A stretch of 64,000 bases of DNA, from assembly GCA_030141605.1 (NCBI GenBank), contig JAQGDQ010000023.1, positions 1,116,001 through 1,180,000 of the forward strand, in the 5' to 3' direction. The stretch comes from Tubiluchus corallicola. Lineage: Eukaryota; Animalia; Priapulida. The position numbers and the translations under genes are program-made. This document shows, one piece after another, positions 41,855 through 54,323 of this stretch. Every line of letters begins with the position of its first letter. The stretch's first letter is position 1. The notes beneath the pieces are model-generated. The model did no database searches, had not been told where the DNA came from, and saw only the letters and a list, made by a program, of their open reading frames with translations.

Positions 41855-42580
41855 GGCGCTATTACACTTTCGCACCGCCTAGCTTTTCCTGGCCTATTGG
41901 CTGTTTTCACGCCTGCAGGCCAGAAAGCAGACCAACAGGCGTAATATACACCATATTCCCATAATATTATTGCTTCTTACGCTTTATAAGTCCAGATTAA
42001 AATCATGCATTACTTACCGACCGCCGCCATTAAAAGCTGCACGTGAATAACCGTGTTTACATCACTAATGCGCAATCGCTCTCGCGCAGTGACGATGTGG
42101 CCCTTAACATGTATTTTTAGTTTCTTCGCATAATTTATGATTATTAGGGTTGCAGCCACGGGAGTTTGTATCGTATCGCGGGAAATTATTTTAGACGACT
42201 ACAGTTATTTATCATTAATTTTATTTATTACTATAGTATTATTACTATTAGATTATAAAAAAGTAAAAGTTTTTTCTTTATTTCGTAAATGCGGTGAAGA
42301 TGAAAGTGTGTCACGTGCCTTTTAAGCTAGGCCCTGATAATGCATAAACTAGTACGAAATTCGTCACGTGACTACACACACAAACAAGATGGCGATACGC
42401 CCTGTATAGGTGTAGAAGTGTGAATACAGCGTAATTATTGGTAATTATACCTAAATATATTATTAAATTACACTTAGATTAGCGGAAACATTCACTGATG
42501 ACGTAAGAATGATGACTTACGAGCCTAAAAACGAGTAATAACCTAGAAAAAGCTAGGCGGTGCGAAAGTGTAATAGCGCC
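41855..42580. mobile_element. Non-autonomous TIR element (MULE-type MITE), 726 bp
   Basis: 33-bp perfect TIRs GGCGCTATTACACTTTCGCACCGCCTAGCTTTT. Perfect 9-bp TSD CATTTAGCC at 41846-41854 and 42581-42589. Confidence 0.92.
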
Positions 42581-42680
42581 CATTTAGCCATTAGTTAGCA
42601 ATATAATCTTACCGCAAATGAAGAAATTTCAGAGTATTTGTCAGGTTCCTTCACACAGAACTCACACACGTGGATCGCCA

Positions 42681-42812
42681 TCTTGCTCTGAAGCGCCCCT
42701 GATCAACATAGACGCTGATTGGTTTCTTGCTCTGAAGCGCCCCTGAACAACATAGACGCTGATTGGTTTCTTGCTCTGAAGCGCCCCTGAACAACATAGA
42801 CGCTGATTGGTT
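42681..42812. repeat. Tandem repeat, 3 x 44 bp
   Basis: Unit TCTTGCTCTGAAGCGCCCCTGA[T/A]CAACATAGACGCTGATTGGTT at 42681, 42725 and 42769. No spacers. Confidence 0.97.
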
Positions 42813-44914
42813 AATGCAAATGAGGAAAATAATCTGTCCGGAACTCAGTTGCAAAAAAAAATTTCGCGTGCGGGCCTCACTTTTGTCTAACTACCTAATG
42901 CGCCGCGAGCTTCTGCGCATAACGATTACATCATCAATCTTTACTTGTGAGTCAGCCGGTCGAAGATCAGCTGGTCACGTGATGCCACCACCTAACTAGG
43001 CTTCTAGCCAGGACGATAGTTTAATCTTGCATCGTCAAGCATTTAATCTTGAATTATTAATTTAATAATTTAGTCGCCAATTTAATCAAAATCACTATTT
43101 AACACAGTTTTCCTTTGCTATTAGAAAATTTATTGTTGGCTCGAAAGCTTCGATTCTTCTCTAATTATACTATCTCCGTAATTCCCTTTTAGTTTACGGT
43201 TTACAGTTTCTAGAGGACAAGACTATCATTATTATTATACTCTAAATAGAGACTACGTTCACCTATCGGCTCTACACTCTGCTGAGCGTTCAATGAAAAT
43301 TTATTGCCTCCTCACAATCGTCAGTGACATACCTCGGTGTGTAATTACTGATAAGGCTACAACCCATAGCTATCAAGCGCTTAAAGGTTACTGCAAAATG
43401 TTTTTATAAATACTTAGTTTTATAAAAATACGTAATTGTTGTGTATGTAGTCTTTATGGCACTATGTGAGTTAACACATAAATTTTTGCGTAACTCAGCT
43501 TTAAAATTTATTAGTAGTTACTATCATCGTTATTTATCAGTATAATGATAATAGTGATAATGACGATAATAGAAATAGATATTATTATTATTATCATCAT
43601 CATTATCATTATTATTATCATTATCATTATCACTATCACTATCTCACTATCACTATCATTATCATTATTATTATTATTGTTGTTGTTGTTGTGTTGCTGA
43701 GCTCCTGTCTTGCTTTCAAACTTTCACTCACTCAAGGACACAAAATATACGGACTGTATGTTATTTCAAAGTCGCTTCAAAGCAAAAACACCCCTGTAAA
43801 TCAAAATGTGTAATCTTACAGTGCATGAAACTCACAAATCTACTTTATGATTGGCTTAAATTTAAATACTTATCTGTTTTACATGTGCAAAATGATGCCA
43901 AAATCTATAAATACAAATGCCTCATTCTGGTTCGTGGAGTTCAGTGGTTGCTGGTGTTAGTTTAAGCGCCAAACAGAACAAGCCTGCTTCCGCTATTTCA
44001 GGCTCCAATGTGAGAGTGCGGTAACCCTTCAAAGTAGATTCTTCCTTATGTTTTATGTTTAGCTAGCTAGTAGTATAAAATCGTTTTATTTGTTACAAAT
44101 AAAACAAACACATACATTCCAGTCATTGAACTTTTAGTCCGAAAGCAGGAATTACACACACATACACGCCCAAAGTTATTTAGTTCAATTACAAAGATTC
44201 TTTCACACTAACAAAACATTAGCAAGTCTCAAACATCTGACAGTTTCAACGTTTACTAGATTAGTCAAGATTTTGTACGGGTCAACGTCTCCCAGGCGTT
44301 GGGTTAGTATCTACTTTCTCAATGCGATAACAGTGGTACTCGTACCGAGGCTTCTCGCCCACTGATAATTCTGGTTCAAATCGTCCAGGGGTTATTACAC
44401 TACCTTGACAGCAAGAGCACGACGGCAGAACACTTATTATTATCCTTTATTTTCGATCAACGCGATATATACATCAGTGCGATCATTATGTAAAAAAGGT
44501 TAGTACATCAAGAGATAAAAAGCAAAAATAAATAAGTGATTATAGATTAGTAATAAAGGCGATTTATAACAGACATTTATAATACAATATTAATAAGAAA
44601 TTTCATCGAAACGTTGTGTCTACGTATATTACTCAAATCATTATTGTTCAGAAAGTAAAACTCTCCACCACCCATGCATTTTTAAAATCCCCATTAGAAA
44701 TTCTTTAATTAGATTATCGTTTTCATTGGCACTGGTTTGCCCTACAATAACGGTATTACTGGATTCGCGTTTCTTAATAAAATGATCAACAGTAACATTG
44801 TATTTATTACCAACGTATGCAATGTTAAAACCATAATCTATGCAGTATTACGTTATTTTGGCTATTAAAAGTAGATATATAAAATTTAATGAATCTTTTA
44901 CATTTGTTTTTTAG

Positions 44915-45751
44915 ACTCTGCATATCATTTCTTTGCTCTTTGTGGGAATATCTATATTTGGTTTCTGCACTGAGACGTACAAAGGTGCCCAGAGGACAGT
45001 GCCTTTATATGCTTTAAATAGAACATCTGGTAATCACTACATTGCTGAATATCACATCGTGCCTCTCACTAGTCTAGACATAGTCGAATACATTTGCTCA
45101 GCATATTTTACCACAGAACTCATTTTCAAATTTGTTTGTGCACCTTCAAAGAGAAAGTTTTTCAAGGGACCGCTGAATTTAGTCGATCTTCTTTCTCTCG
45201 TGCCGTTTTATCTAAAAATGACATTGCTAACGGTTCGAGCAGTCTTTCCGACTACAGCTCCAGCAGCTTGGGAAATGTCGGAATTTATCAATTTTTTTCG
45301 CTTTATCCGAATATTTCGTATTTTTAAGTTGACTCGACATTTAAGCGGGCTACACGTCCTTGTAACCACAATTAAAGCCAGTGTGAAAGAATTAACGTTG
45401 CTAGTGATGATCATTATGATTTTAGTCGTGATATTTGCAAGTCTAGTATACTATGCTGAACGGTTAACGGAAGAAGATATCCCTAGCCAGTTTGACAGCA
45501 TATTCCGAGGATTTTGGTGGGCACTCATCACCATGACAACAATCGGATATGGAGACTTAATTCCGAAGACACTAGCTGGAATGATAGTTGGTTTTTTCTG
45601 CGCTATAGCTGGTCTTTTAATCATTGCCTTACCAGTGCCAGTTATTGTGAATAACTTTACCTTGTACTACGAACGAGCTCAAGCTATATTAAAACTTCCT
45701 AGAAAGAAACATTGCCGCCTTATCCAAGCTGACGAAATATTAAAGCGGCAG
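44915..45751 (+). CDS. Shaw: Shaw/Kv3 channel coding exon 3 (S1-S6 and proximal C-terminus)
   Basis: Acceptor TTTGTTTTTTAG|, in frame with exon 2. S4 RFIRIFRIFKLTRH, pore WWALITMTTIGYGD, S6 LPVPVIVNNF, then KLPRKK. Donor CAG|GTAAGC. Read-through would stop at 45811. Confidence 0.95.
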
Positions 45752-45802
45752 GTAAGCAAAAGATGTTTGCTGAGATTAGAGTATGACAGACGAAATAAAA
45801 AA

Positions 45803-45846
45803 ATATCCTGAGAAAACGGAAAAAAATATCCGTTTTCTCAGGATAT
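45803..45846. repeat. Perfect 18-bp stem, 8-nt loop hairpin
   Basis: ATATCCTGAGAAAACGGA (45803-45820) pairs with TCCGTTTTCTCAGGATAT (45829-45846). Confidence 0.9.
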
Positions 45847-45866
45847 ATATATATATATATGTGATA

Positions 45867-45901
<35 letters not shown>
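45843..45901. repeat. Interrupted (TA)n microsatellite
   Basis: Directly visible. Confidence 0.95.
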
Positions 45902-45903
<2 letters not shown>

Positions 45904-46989
45904 CAAAATACAAAATACGCAGGAAACATGAGTATTTGCTAAATATTATTTACTTGTAAATTGATAAAAAAATTTCTGTGAAAAGATTACGTATTTGTCT
46001 GATAGCAAAACATAATTTACAAGTTTAGAAGTACTCTTTTACTTTTCGGATTCTTTTTCTAAAACATGGGATTATATAAAATGTAATTCATCATTTAGTT
46101 TATTTGTGGCGCGACCAGAGCCTAATTAATCATCAAATATCGTCCACTACATTAGGAAAATGTAGAAAGCGATTTAAGTAATTTGGCAAATGAAAGTAAT
46201 TTTCTCGGCTGATGTTACACAAACGTTATAATAACTATAACAACGCGACACTAACGCTAAATTTTATAAATCTGCAATCACAAACGTTGTAAGGTCAAAA
46301 CGACAACTGTAACAACTTTTGTCTGCTGATAAACGTTGTAAAGCCTATCTCTAAAATCGACGACAAACGTTATTTTAATCAAAGATTAACATTATAATTT
46401 GTCGTGGGTACAAGAAAAGTCTACACACCGTATACGCTTCTTCAAAGTTGTTGTTGTCTTGTTTTGTAACTACAGCTGCTACCGTGTTGCTGTTCTTATC
46501 GTTGCATACAGAAATTTTGTGAAGTAAAAGAAATAGGGGTCTAAAATAAATTTAATTATTTTTACTCTATTTGCAGCTTACAAACTCTTAGTGACTCATG
46601 CCTTCGACACAAATTCGCTGTCAAATGCTTTTTTTTTAAAATCACCTCAATGAGCCATCCAGGCATATTTATGCATTAATTTTCCTTCTATATTAGATAT
46701 CAACCTAACTAAGCGTCAGGTGGTTCTGCAACCCGATTTGAATCCCTCCTGCTGTTCATCTAGTAGGCCTTTATCACAAGTATAGAGATGTAACCTATGT
46801 GCTATAATTTTTTAGCTAATTTACAGCAATAATAATTTACCGTTATTGTTGTAGGCCTGTAGTTGCTAAGATGACTATAATATGTCCTACCAGATTATAT
46901 ATAAGAATATATGAAGACCATACTCTATTTTCTAAGCATATATTTACCAAGTTCAAAACACGACTTTAGCCCAAAAGTCCGTATCACGA

Positions 46990-48186
46990 GTGGGCAGCAC
47001 CCATCTGTGTTTAAGGTTTTATTATTACATTTTGTATTTTTATAGCTTGCATTACTTTTTCCATGGTGAAGTTGTCAGTGACCCACAATGTTTCTTCATC
47101 TTGTGGCATAGGTTGGACTAGCAAAGTGTTGCACTTGCCGGTACCATTTGTTATCAAATGCAGACTTGTCAACATATTTTCCGCTGAAAAATGTATCATA
47201 TAAGACGCCACTTTTTTCCTTGTCGGTGATGTAATAGCTGTTTTGTACCTTAAGTGTTTCACATCTTGCTTAACGTGGCCTGGGTGTTTTCTAAAGAACT
47301 TTTCCTTGCAGTGTTCTCCTTCATCCAGTTGTCCAGTTCTTGTGCGAGAGCATTATCAATTTGTTCTTTGATTGCTTTCCTTGATTTCTTTGATAAATAA
47401 ATAATCTGTTGAAGCATTTTGGGCCATCAGTAACGATTTTTAAGCCTCTGATAAAGACTAGCGTAACCTGAATGTCCATATGTATTATGGCACAAGTCAA
47501 TAATGGTATTAAAAAGTCTTGCAAGTATAGCCAATCGTAATAATTCTTGTTCACAATTTACTGACGCAGTCTGTTCTATCCTATCAAAATAGTTATCATC
47601 AGCGATGAAAAATTATTCCTCGTCTCGATTTCGGTTGACGGGGAAAGTAAGAATATGAATAATTTCAGCTAAATATTCGTCTTCAGCTTGCCATTTTAAC
47701 ACTAATTCGAGATTTATTGGCAAATGTTCTTTAGTACGGGTTATTGGTATGTTAGTCTGAGATTGTGCCTCCATTTGTTAATTTTCTAGCAATTTTTCTC
47801 GCGATGAAGTATTGTTATTCCCCTTTTTAGTTGATTGTGTCTGGTTAAGTGCATCGAAGGCATCAGATGTATCTGTCACATCTGGTACATTTGATATTGG
47901 GTCTTCATCTTGCCATACTTCTTCTGAATGCACATCTAATGGCATTTCTGTCCTTGAACCTTCTTCCTCTTGTTCAGAACAATAACCATCCTCATCTGTT
48001 TCATCTGGACTGTGATTGTCATATAGTCCTAATTTTTCTTTGTATTGTTTTACTTATCTGTCAGTCTTATCTTTTATCTCCACTAAGTATTGATCTATCT
48101 TTTCCGGAGTGTTCAGTAAGTCAAAATGTTTTTGATATTTTCTGAACGTTAGTGCAGTCGGTGGAGTTTCCGGTAATGTGTTCATC

Positions 48187-48275
<89 letters not shown>

Positions 48276-48345
48276 GAGAGAGAGAGAGAGAGGGAGAGAG
48301 GGAGAGGAGAGAGGGAGAGGGAGAGGGAGAGAGGGAGAGGAGAGG

Positions 48346-48393
<48 letters not shown>

Positions 48394-51300
48394 GTGAGTG
48401 AGTGAGTGGAATCGCTCCATTTTTTACTTGCTAGACAGTTAGAGTAGAGACGGGAGCTTGTGGTGAGAGGTCGCCTTATACTTCCTTGCACTAAGACTTG
48501 TTAACATTATGAAATTGCTCTCAGGTGACCTAGTTCACCTCCTCTTTGGCTTTAGTTGTTTAATTTCAATAAAATCACTGTATCTATGTCGAAGTAATAA
48601 CTTTTTAAACGTTCAGGTTGTTAAAATAATCTTTTCCCTATCTGTTCCATTTGTGTAACTTATATCAGTTCATATCATGTCACTTCCTGAAATTCTTGTC
48701 AATGTAAACACTATTTCGTCATAAAAGTTATTTAGTCGGGAGCTTTCATATTTTAACTCATTTGTTTAGTGTTTCGGTTTTATTGCGTTTGTGTTGCGTG
48801 TTAAGGCTGCAGAAGTACTTTGTCAGGAACCACTGCTGAAATAAGATCACACAAATAGTAGCAAGTCTAAATGTTTAACAGGTTAATACCAAAATGCGAA
48901 TAGAAATCCTACTCGGAGTCAGTATTAGAACATGTGGCAGGACCATCACCTAAAATAACATATTCAATCATAATTGCGCCTAAAATAACGAAATACTATT
49001 TTACCAGAAATAGATACATTAGGGTGAATCATACTAATAAATATTAAGTAATACTTAATATAGTTATCAACCATGAATATTTAAATATATAAGTGAATGA
49101 ACAAGGTTTGTGTGCATCGGTAGCTCTATACATCACAGAAACACAGAGTGTGAGCGATTATTTCCATCGACAGACACAGCGCACCGTACTTCCTCAATTC
49201 GCAGTACATATTACTGGCGGATTTAACTGTTTGTAGCGTGTTGGGAAATCTCTGGTTAGTAGCAATCTTAATATACATAGTTGGGGGTCCGTTATACGTC
49301 AAATCGTCTTAACATCTCAGGGTTTGGGAGCATAGACCTAGGTTCGGACAGACGAGCATGCCTAGTAAGTCCAGAGAGTCCTGTTTTTGGAGTGCCGCTT
49401 CATTTAATGGAAACACGTCTCGATGCTGGGCTACTAGCTAGGATCGTTGCATTACCATTAGTGTCAGTCTGCTGTAGGACTGTCGAAATTGCAAAATTGC
49501 TACCGTCCGCATGAATTGTATAAGCTTTTTTTTTGATCTGGGAGCTTGATTTCTTTCTTGTGTCTGTATGAATTACTGTCCTTTTCTAAGTAATTGTAAA
49601 AGTGATTAATTAAGCTTTTCCATCAAAATCAGGTATGAAATTTCTATAAAAATGAGCTATTCCAATGAAAGCCTTAACTTGTTTTTGAGTTTGGGTATTT
49701 CTAAATTTTGAATTACCACTATCTTTTCTGGCTTCGGGCTTTACTACATATCCCAAATATTCAACTCCAGAGGTTAACAATTGCATTTTTGCAATTGACA
49801 TTTCAATCTTGCTTTCCTTAGTCTGTCAAAAGCATCCTGCAAGTCTTCAATGAATCTCATCATCTGGTTCTGAAACTAATAGATCATGTACAAAACAATG
49901 TAGTCTGTGCCTCTTATCGTCCGTAAATAGATCCTTAACCAAAGTATGGGCTAATTTAAGAAATGCTGATGGAGAATTTGTAGCTCCAAAGGGACAAACG
50001 TTAAAGTTATACAAACTACCATGATAAGTTGTAAATGTTGCCTAGTCTCAAGAATTTTGTCTCATAGGTATCTACCTGAAAAGCACTTTTGAGATCCAAA
50101 ACAGTAAAAATAGTCTCTTCTCGGCTTAGAATAGAGACGATTTAGAATTCTGTCAATTCGAAGTCGTTGTATATTGTCCTTGACTGTCCTTGAATTCAAA
50201 TATCGAAAGTCAAGCAACATCCTGCAACATTCCTCCTTCTTACACACTAATAGTACAGGACTACTGTACGGTGCATCATATGGACTGATTATTCCAGCTT
50301 TTAAGAGTGATTCAATGGTGTCATCTACTACCTTTTCCAAATGTATTCGTACGGGATAGACACGACATTTGAATAGTGTGTCATCAGTTAAACGTATTTT
50401 AAATTCTGCCTCTGTTGTTCCCACTAAATCTTTATCTTTACTTGTAAAACAATCTCTTTCAGCGATAATGAGTTTCTTAACTCTATCTAGAAGACATATT
50501 AGATATAAATTTTTTATATTGTCTAGCAGTAGTTCTTGTACTAATCCGTTAATCTTCACTGTGAGTAACCCTCTCACCAAAATCTTTTTCTCGGCTCTTC
50601 TCTAATTGCGTCTTCTCAATTCTGATATGTGTCTTTTTTTATTCTGCCAATCATTGTTGATAGTATATACGCGATTTTGGTCTATCATGAAAAACAACTT
50701 GTGTTTTGCCTGGTCTTCCATCATATACTCTTACATCTTGCGGCTGGTATCTCTTTTTCGTCTCCCAATTTTTTTGTGAAAACGATTCGTCATAATAGGA
50801 TTCTTCCTTGTTTGCATCATAACATCTACATAAGTTTGTCTCTAGGATGATTTTCTCGATTGATTAGCAATAATGGAAATCTTTTCATTGAATTTAAATT
50901 GACGTGATACTCTCTGAGCTTTATCAATAGCAGAACTCTTACAACTTTCTTCAATAATTTACAGTAAATCTCGGGAATTCTTTCCGTAATTGAAGTGCAC
51001 TCTAATGATTTTGACACTTGATAGCAATAATGTTTTGGTGCTGGATTCGCAATCACAATTACTTCCCCTTTCGACAAAATCTGATCCAATATTCAACATA
51101 GGGATACAAATTAAGCCTCTTCTGTGTTTGACCACTACTGGAACAGCTTGACAATCATTATCTTGCTTAAAAATTGGCAATGAAGTTAATGAACAAACGT
51201 GTAGTATTCCTGTTGAAGTTTCTCACACCTCCTACATAAGCTTTAACAAGAACATCCGTTTTACTCTGAAGAATAATTTTCTCATGAGCCTTGATAAAGA

Positions 51301-51900
51301 AAGTCAAATCATGATGTAGCTTATCCAGAGAAGAAAAACGAACAACCTCCAAATCGATAAACAAAAGAGAATTAGCAATATCTAAAATTGCTCCTGATTT
51401 ATGAAAAAATGTATTTCCCAAAATCAATGGTTTCGCTATTTGCTCTTCTATGTGAAAAAGTAAATGAAAGGTGTCCTGACCAATTTCTACTGGTAAAACA
51501 ATCTGCCCGATTAAGTTAGCAACATGTTTCATTGCTGTATTCAATGTTAAGTCTCGGTTGGGTGGCTGTACTCGACCTTTTAAGTTTTTTGGCAATGCAC
51601 TAAAAAGTTTTTCTTCAATAACGTTAATAGCCACGCTTGAGTCTATTAATGTAGGTTGTCACTTTTGGCCTATCTTAACTTTGCAAAAAGGTATATCTTC
51701 ACTTTCTAATGTGACTACTAATTTTGCTCTGTCATCATTGTCCTTAATTACTTCTGCTCTGTAGTCCATTGAACGTGTAGATTTAATGTTGTTCTTTAAA
51801 CAACTATCTCTTCCCAACCTTTTATTATCATCAGAACTTCTATTTGCTGCTATCTGTCCTATTTATTTCGTCTTAACCACTTATCTTTGTTCCTCTGATA
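46990..51900 (-). mobile_element. Degenerate Ty3/Gypsy element (protease, RT, partial RNase H/integrase)
   Basis: LIDSSVAINVI..PLILGNTF (protease), APYSSPVLLV.K..RMLLDFRYLN, FGATNSPSAF, VEYLGY, VKAFIGIAHFYRNFIPDF. Interrupted by non-coding and microsatellite DNA at about 48190-49500. Confidence 0.8.
48190..48408. repeat. Compound (GA)n/(GACA)n/(GAGT)n microsatellite
   Basis: Directly visible polypurine-rich tract. Confidence 0.97.
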
Positions 51901-53149
51901 GCAGTCTTTAAATTTTCGTCTATCTATACTAGCTAATGGCTGGTAATAATTTTAACTTGCACATTATAATCATTTTCTAAAAATCCAGTATTCATTCTCG
52001 TCATCCGTATACATTTGTACTGGTCTGTCATTCTGTTATTATTGTTCTGTTATCGAGTCTATTATTACCATTATATATTATATATTATCTATTATTACCA
52101 TTATAATATTCCATTGGCCTATTTTTCGGCGACCCAGGAATTGACCATCTTTTCCTGGTCACTAACAGTTTGACGACTTCAAATATATGCCTTGCCTTAT
52201 TAAAATTTCTTACTTCATAATGGCTATGCTATGAGTAACTTAGCTGTTTGTTAATGTTATCATTATTACGCATATAATATGATCTTTGCTTTGCGGCTTT
52301 TGCACGTATTTACGTGATCGCAAGTGTGAAAGCCGCGACGCATGAATGCATCAAATAAGATGCTTTCACTTTGTAATGCGACAGTGACCTTGGGAACACA
52401 CGAAATGACCAAATTACGTCATCGGTTTCCCTATATCCGTTTCACAAAATCAATAGTCTGGTCTATCATCGGGAAAAAGAGAAATAACTGGATACAGCTG
52501 CCAAACTTTCAGGAGTTTACTTGGACCATTTTAACAGCGTTTGGGCATTTTATAAAATTATGAATCATTAGTACCCTCTCACCATTTCATAACATCAAAT
52601 ATTTATACATAACTTACAAGCGAAGCCATAAAATGTGACGAAATGTATAATGCACTAATAGGCCATTTGCTACAAGGATTTTGGGTGTAAGTTGTACGGC
52701 ACGGGCAGTGATGACGTTATCTGCACCCCTTTCATATGTTCCAAATTTAGATAATCTTAATTTTTTGTCATATATATCATCTATATTCATGCAAAGTGTG
52801 CTAATTACCTATACTAAGCAATTTACATTCAGTCTGAGTGCCATGAACGATTATGAACGATTATACGGGATTATGACGTCGTCAGCACCCTGTCCCAATC
52901 ATATCAAGGCTACTTTACTTGCGAAGTTAATGGCCGGGTAAGCTTTAATAAACAAAAAATATATCAAATGATGATAAAAAGTGAAAAATTGATGCTTAGT
53001 TTTTTTGCCCAATAGCTAGTTTGCTGGTAGTGACGTCATTAAAGGCTTTATTGTTAATTATGGCAAAATCAGTAAATGATTACTAATAAATTACTAAAAG
53101 ACATGAAAAGTGTATTAAACGTTAAGTGTCACCACCTTATGGCGTCATC

Positions 53150-53440
53150 TATGCCTTTATTGCCGATAATAATGAGGTCATCAACTTCTTCGTTACAACG
53201 TATAGGGAACATGCATACGACTGGTAATGGAGACTTTTCTTCAGGGTGATCGCTTTTCGGCCAAATACTTGATAGACAGCACGTTTTGTATGCTGGATTA
53301 GTGCATTCTGTGTAGCCGGCAGACTTTCCAAGCTTTTATTTTTCTTGCAAAATATATATTTTTGGGTTTCATTTACACTAGCAAATGAGCTGTTTTTGTC
53401 ATAAAAAATACTGTGTCTTTCAAGCGGCGGGGATTGTTCA
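53150..53440 (-). mobile_element. Second Academ-like transposase C-terminal remnant
   Basis: SVNETQKYIFCKKNKSLESLPATQNALIQHTKRAVYQ, the same motif family as the 7750-7850 region. Confidence 0.55.
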
Positions 53441-54323
53441 GCAGAAATGTTTGTGTAAGGATTAGACACTAAGCACTATTTCTTGACATTCTAGTGTGCC
53501 GGGTAGCGGACCAAAACGCAAAATTTTATAAAAATGTCCAAAACACTGTTAGAATGACCAAATGATTCATTCCTGAATGTTCGTAACTGTATCCAGTCAG
53601 TCCCCATTCCATCAAAAATTGGCCTTAACAGACCGGACTATTACGTTAACGTAATGCATTGTTGTTTCCTTACAGCATTGTTTTTTATATAACCATATTT
53701 TTATTAGTACCAAATAATTTTTGGCCACAGTTACCACTGATGAAGAGGCCTCGGGAAGAAGAAATGGTATACAGGTGGTGTAACTATTGAAGACGAAAAG
53801 CATAGAAATAGATTAATATACAATGTAAATACGTACATTAGTAAAACGTTACGTACTAATAAGCAAAAGCATAAAATGTCCCACATTAATAAACGAATCA
53901 ACGAGTATTTTTATGTATGTTCGAACAATATCAAACATGACGACATTTTGGTCGTGGTTTAGTAGGGCACTACCATTTAAGTGTATACTAATCAGAGATT
54001 CAGTATCCAAAAGAATAATGCCAACTGTAATATTGTGAATACGTCTGTATATGCCTACTACACATAACCACTTGAAATGAATCACCACGCGCCAATATAC
54101 TTTATACTCTGTAGACCTGTCGTTCTCATTTTCGTACATTCAACGTATACAACCGAAACTGGTGGTGATGTCAGAAGCGTCAGACTGAAGATCCAAGACA
54201 GCGAAATGGAACGACCAAACACCAAGCTGGTTCTCATCACTGAGTGCGAGAATTAGTTGAATCCCCCATCGGGGAGCCTGGACACAGTGTAAAATTCTCA
54301 TTAGACATTTTGGGGGAGCCAGA

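Larger units (their letters stand above)
36652..42880 (-). mobile_element. Mutator/MULE-like DNA transposon remnant bounded by ~65-bp inverted repeats
   Basis: About 36660-36723 is a near reverse complement of about 42803-42868. Internal minus-strand pieces DPHLPNYP..KIKFWHNH..LFENG..AL..H.FDL..RAICPD (WRKY/FAR1-like) and IGVQPTARARR..SGRP. No intact DDE core or TSD found. Confidence 0.6.

Noticed and set aside
42681-42812. CRISPR-like array
   Set aside because: Units are directly adjacent with no unique spacers, there are no cas genes, and the context is eukaryotic.
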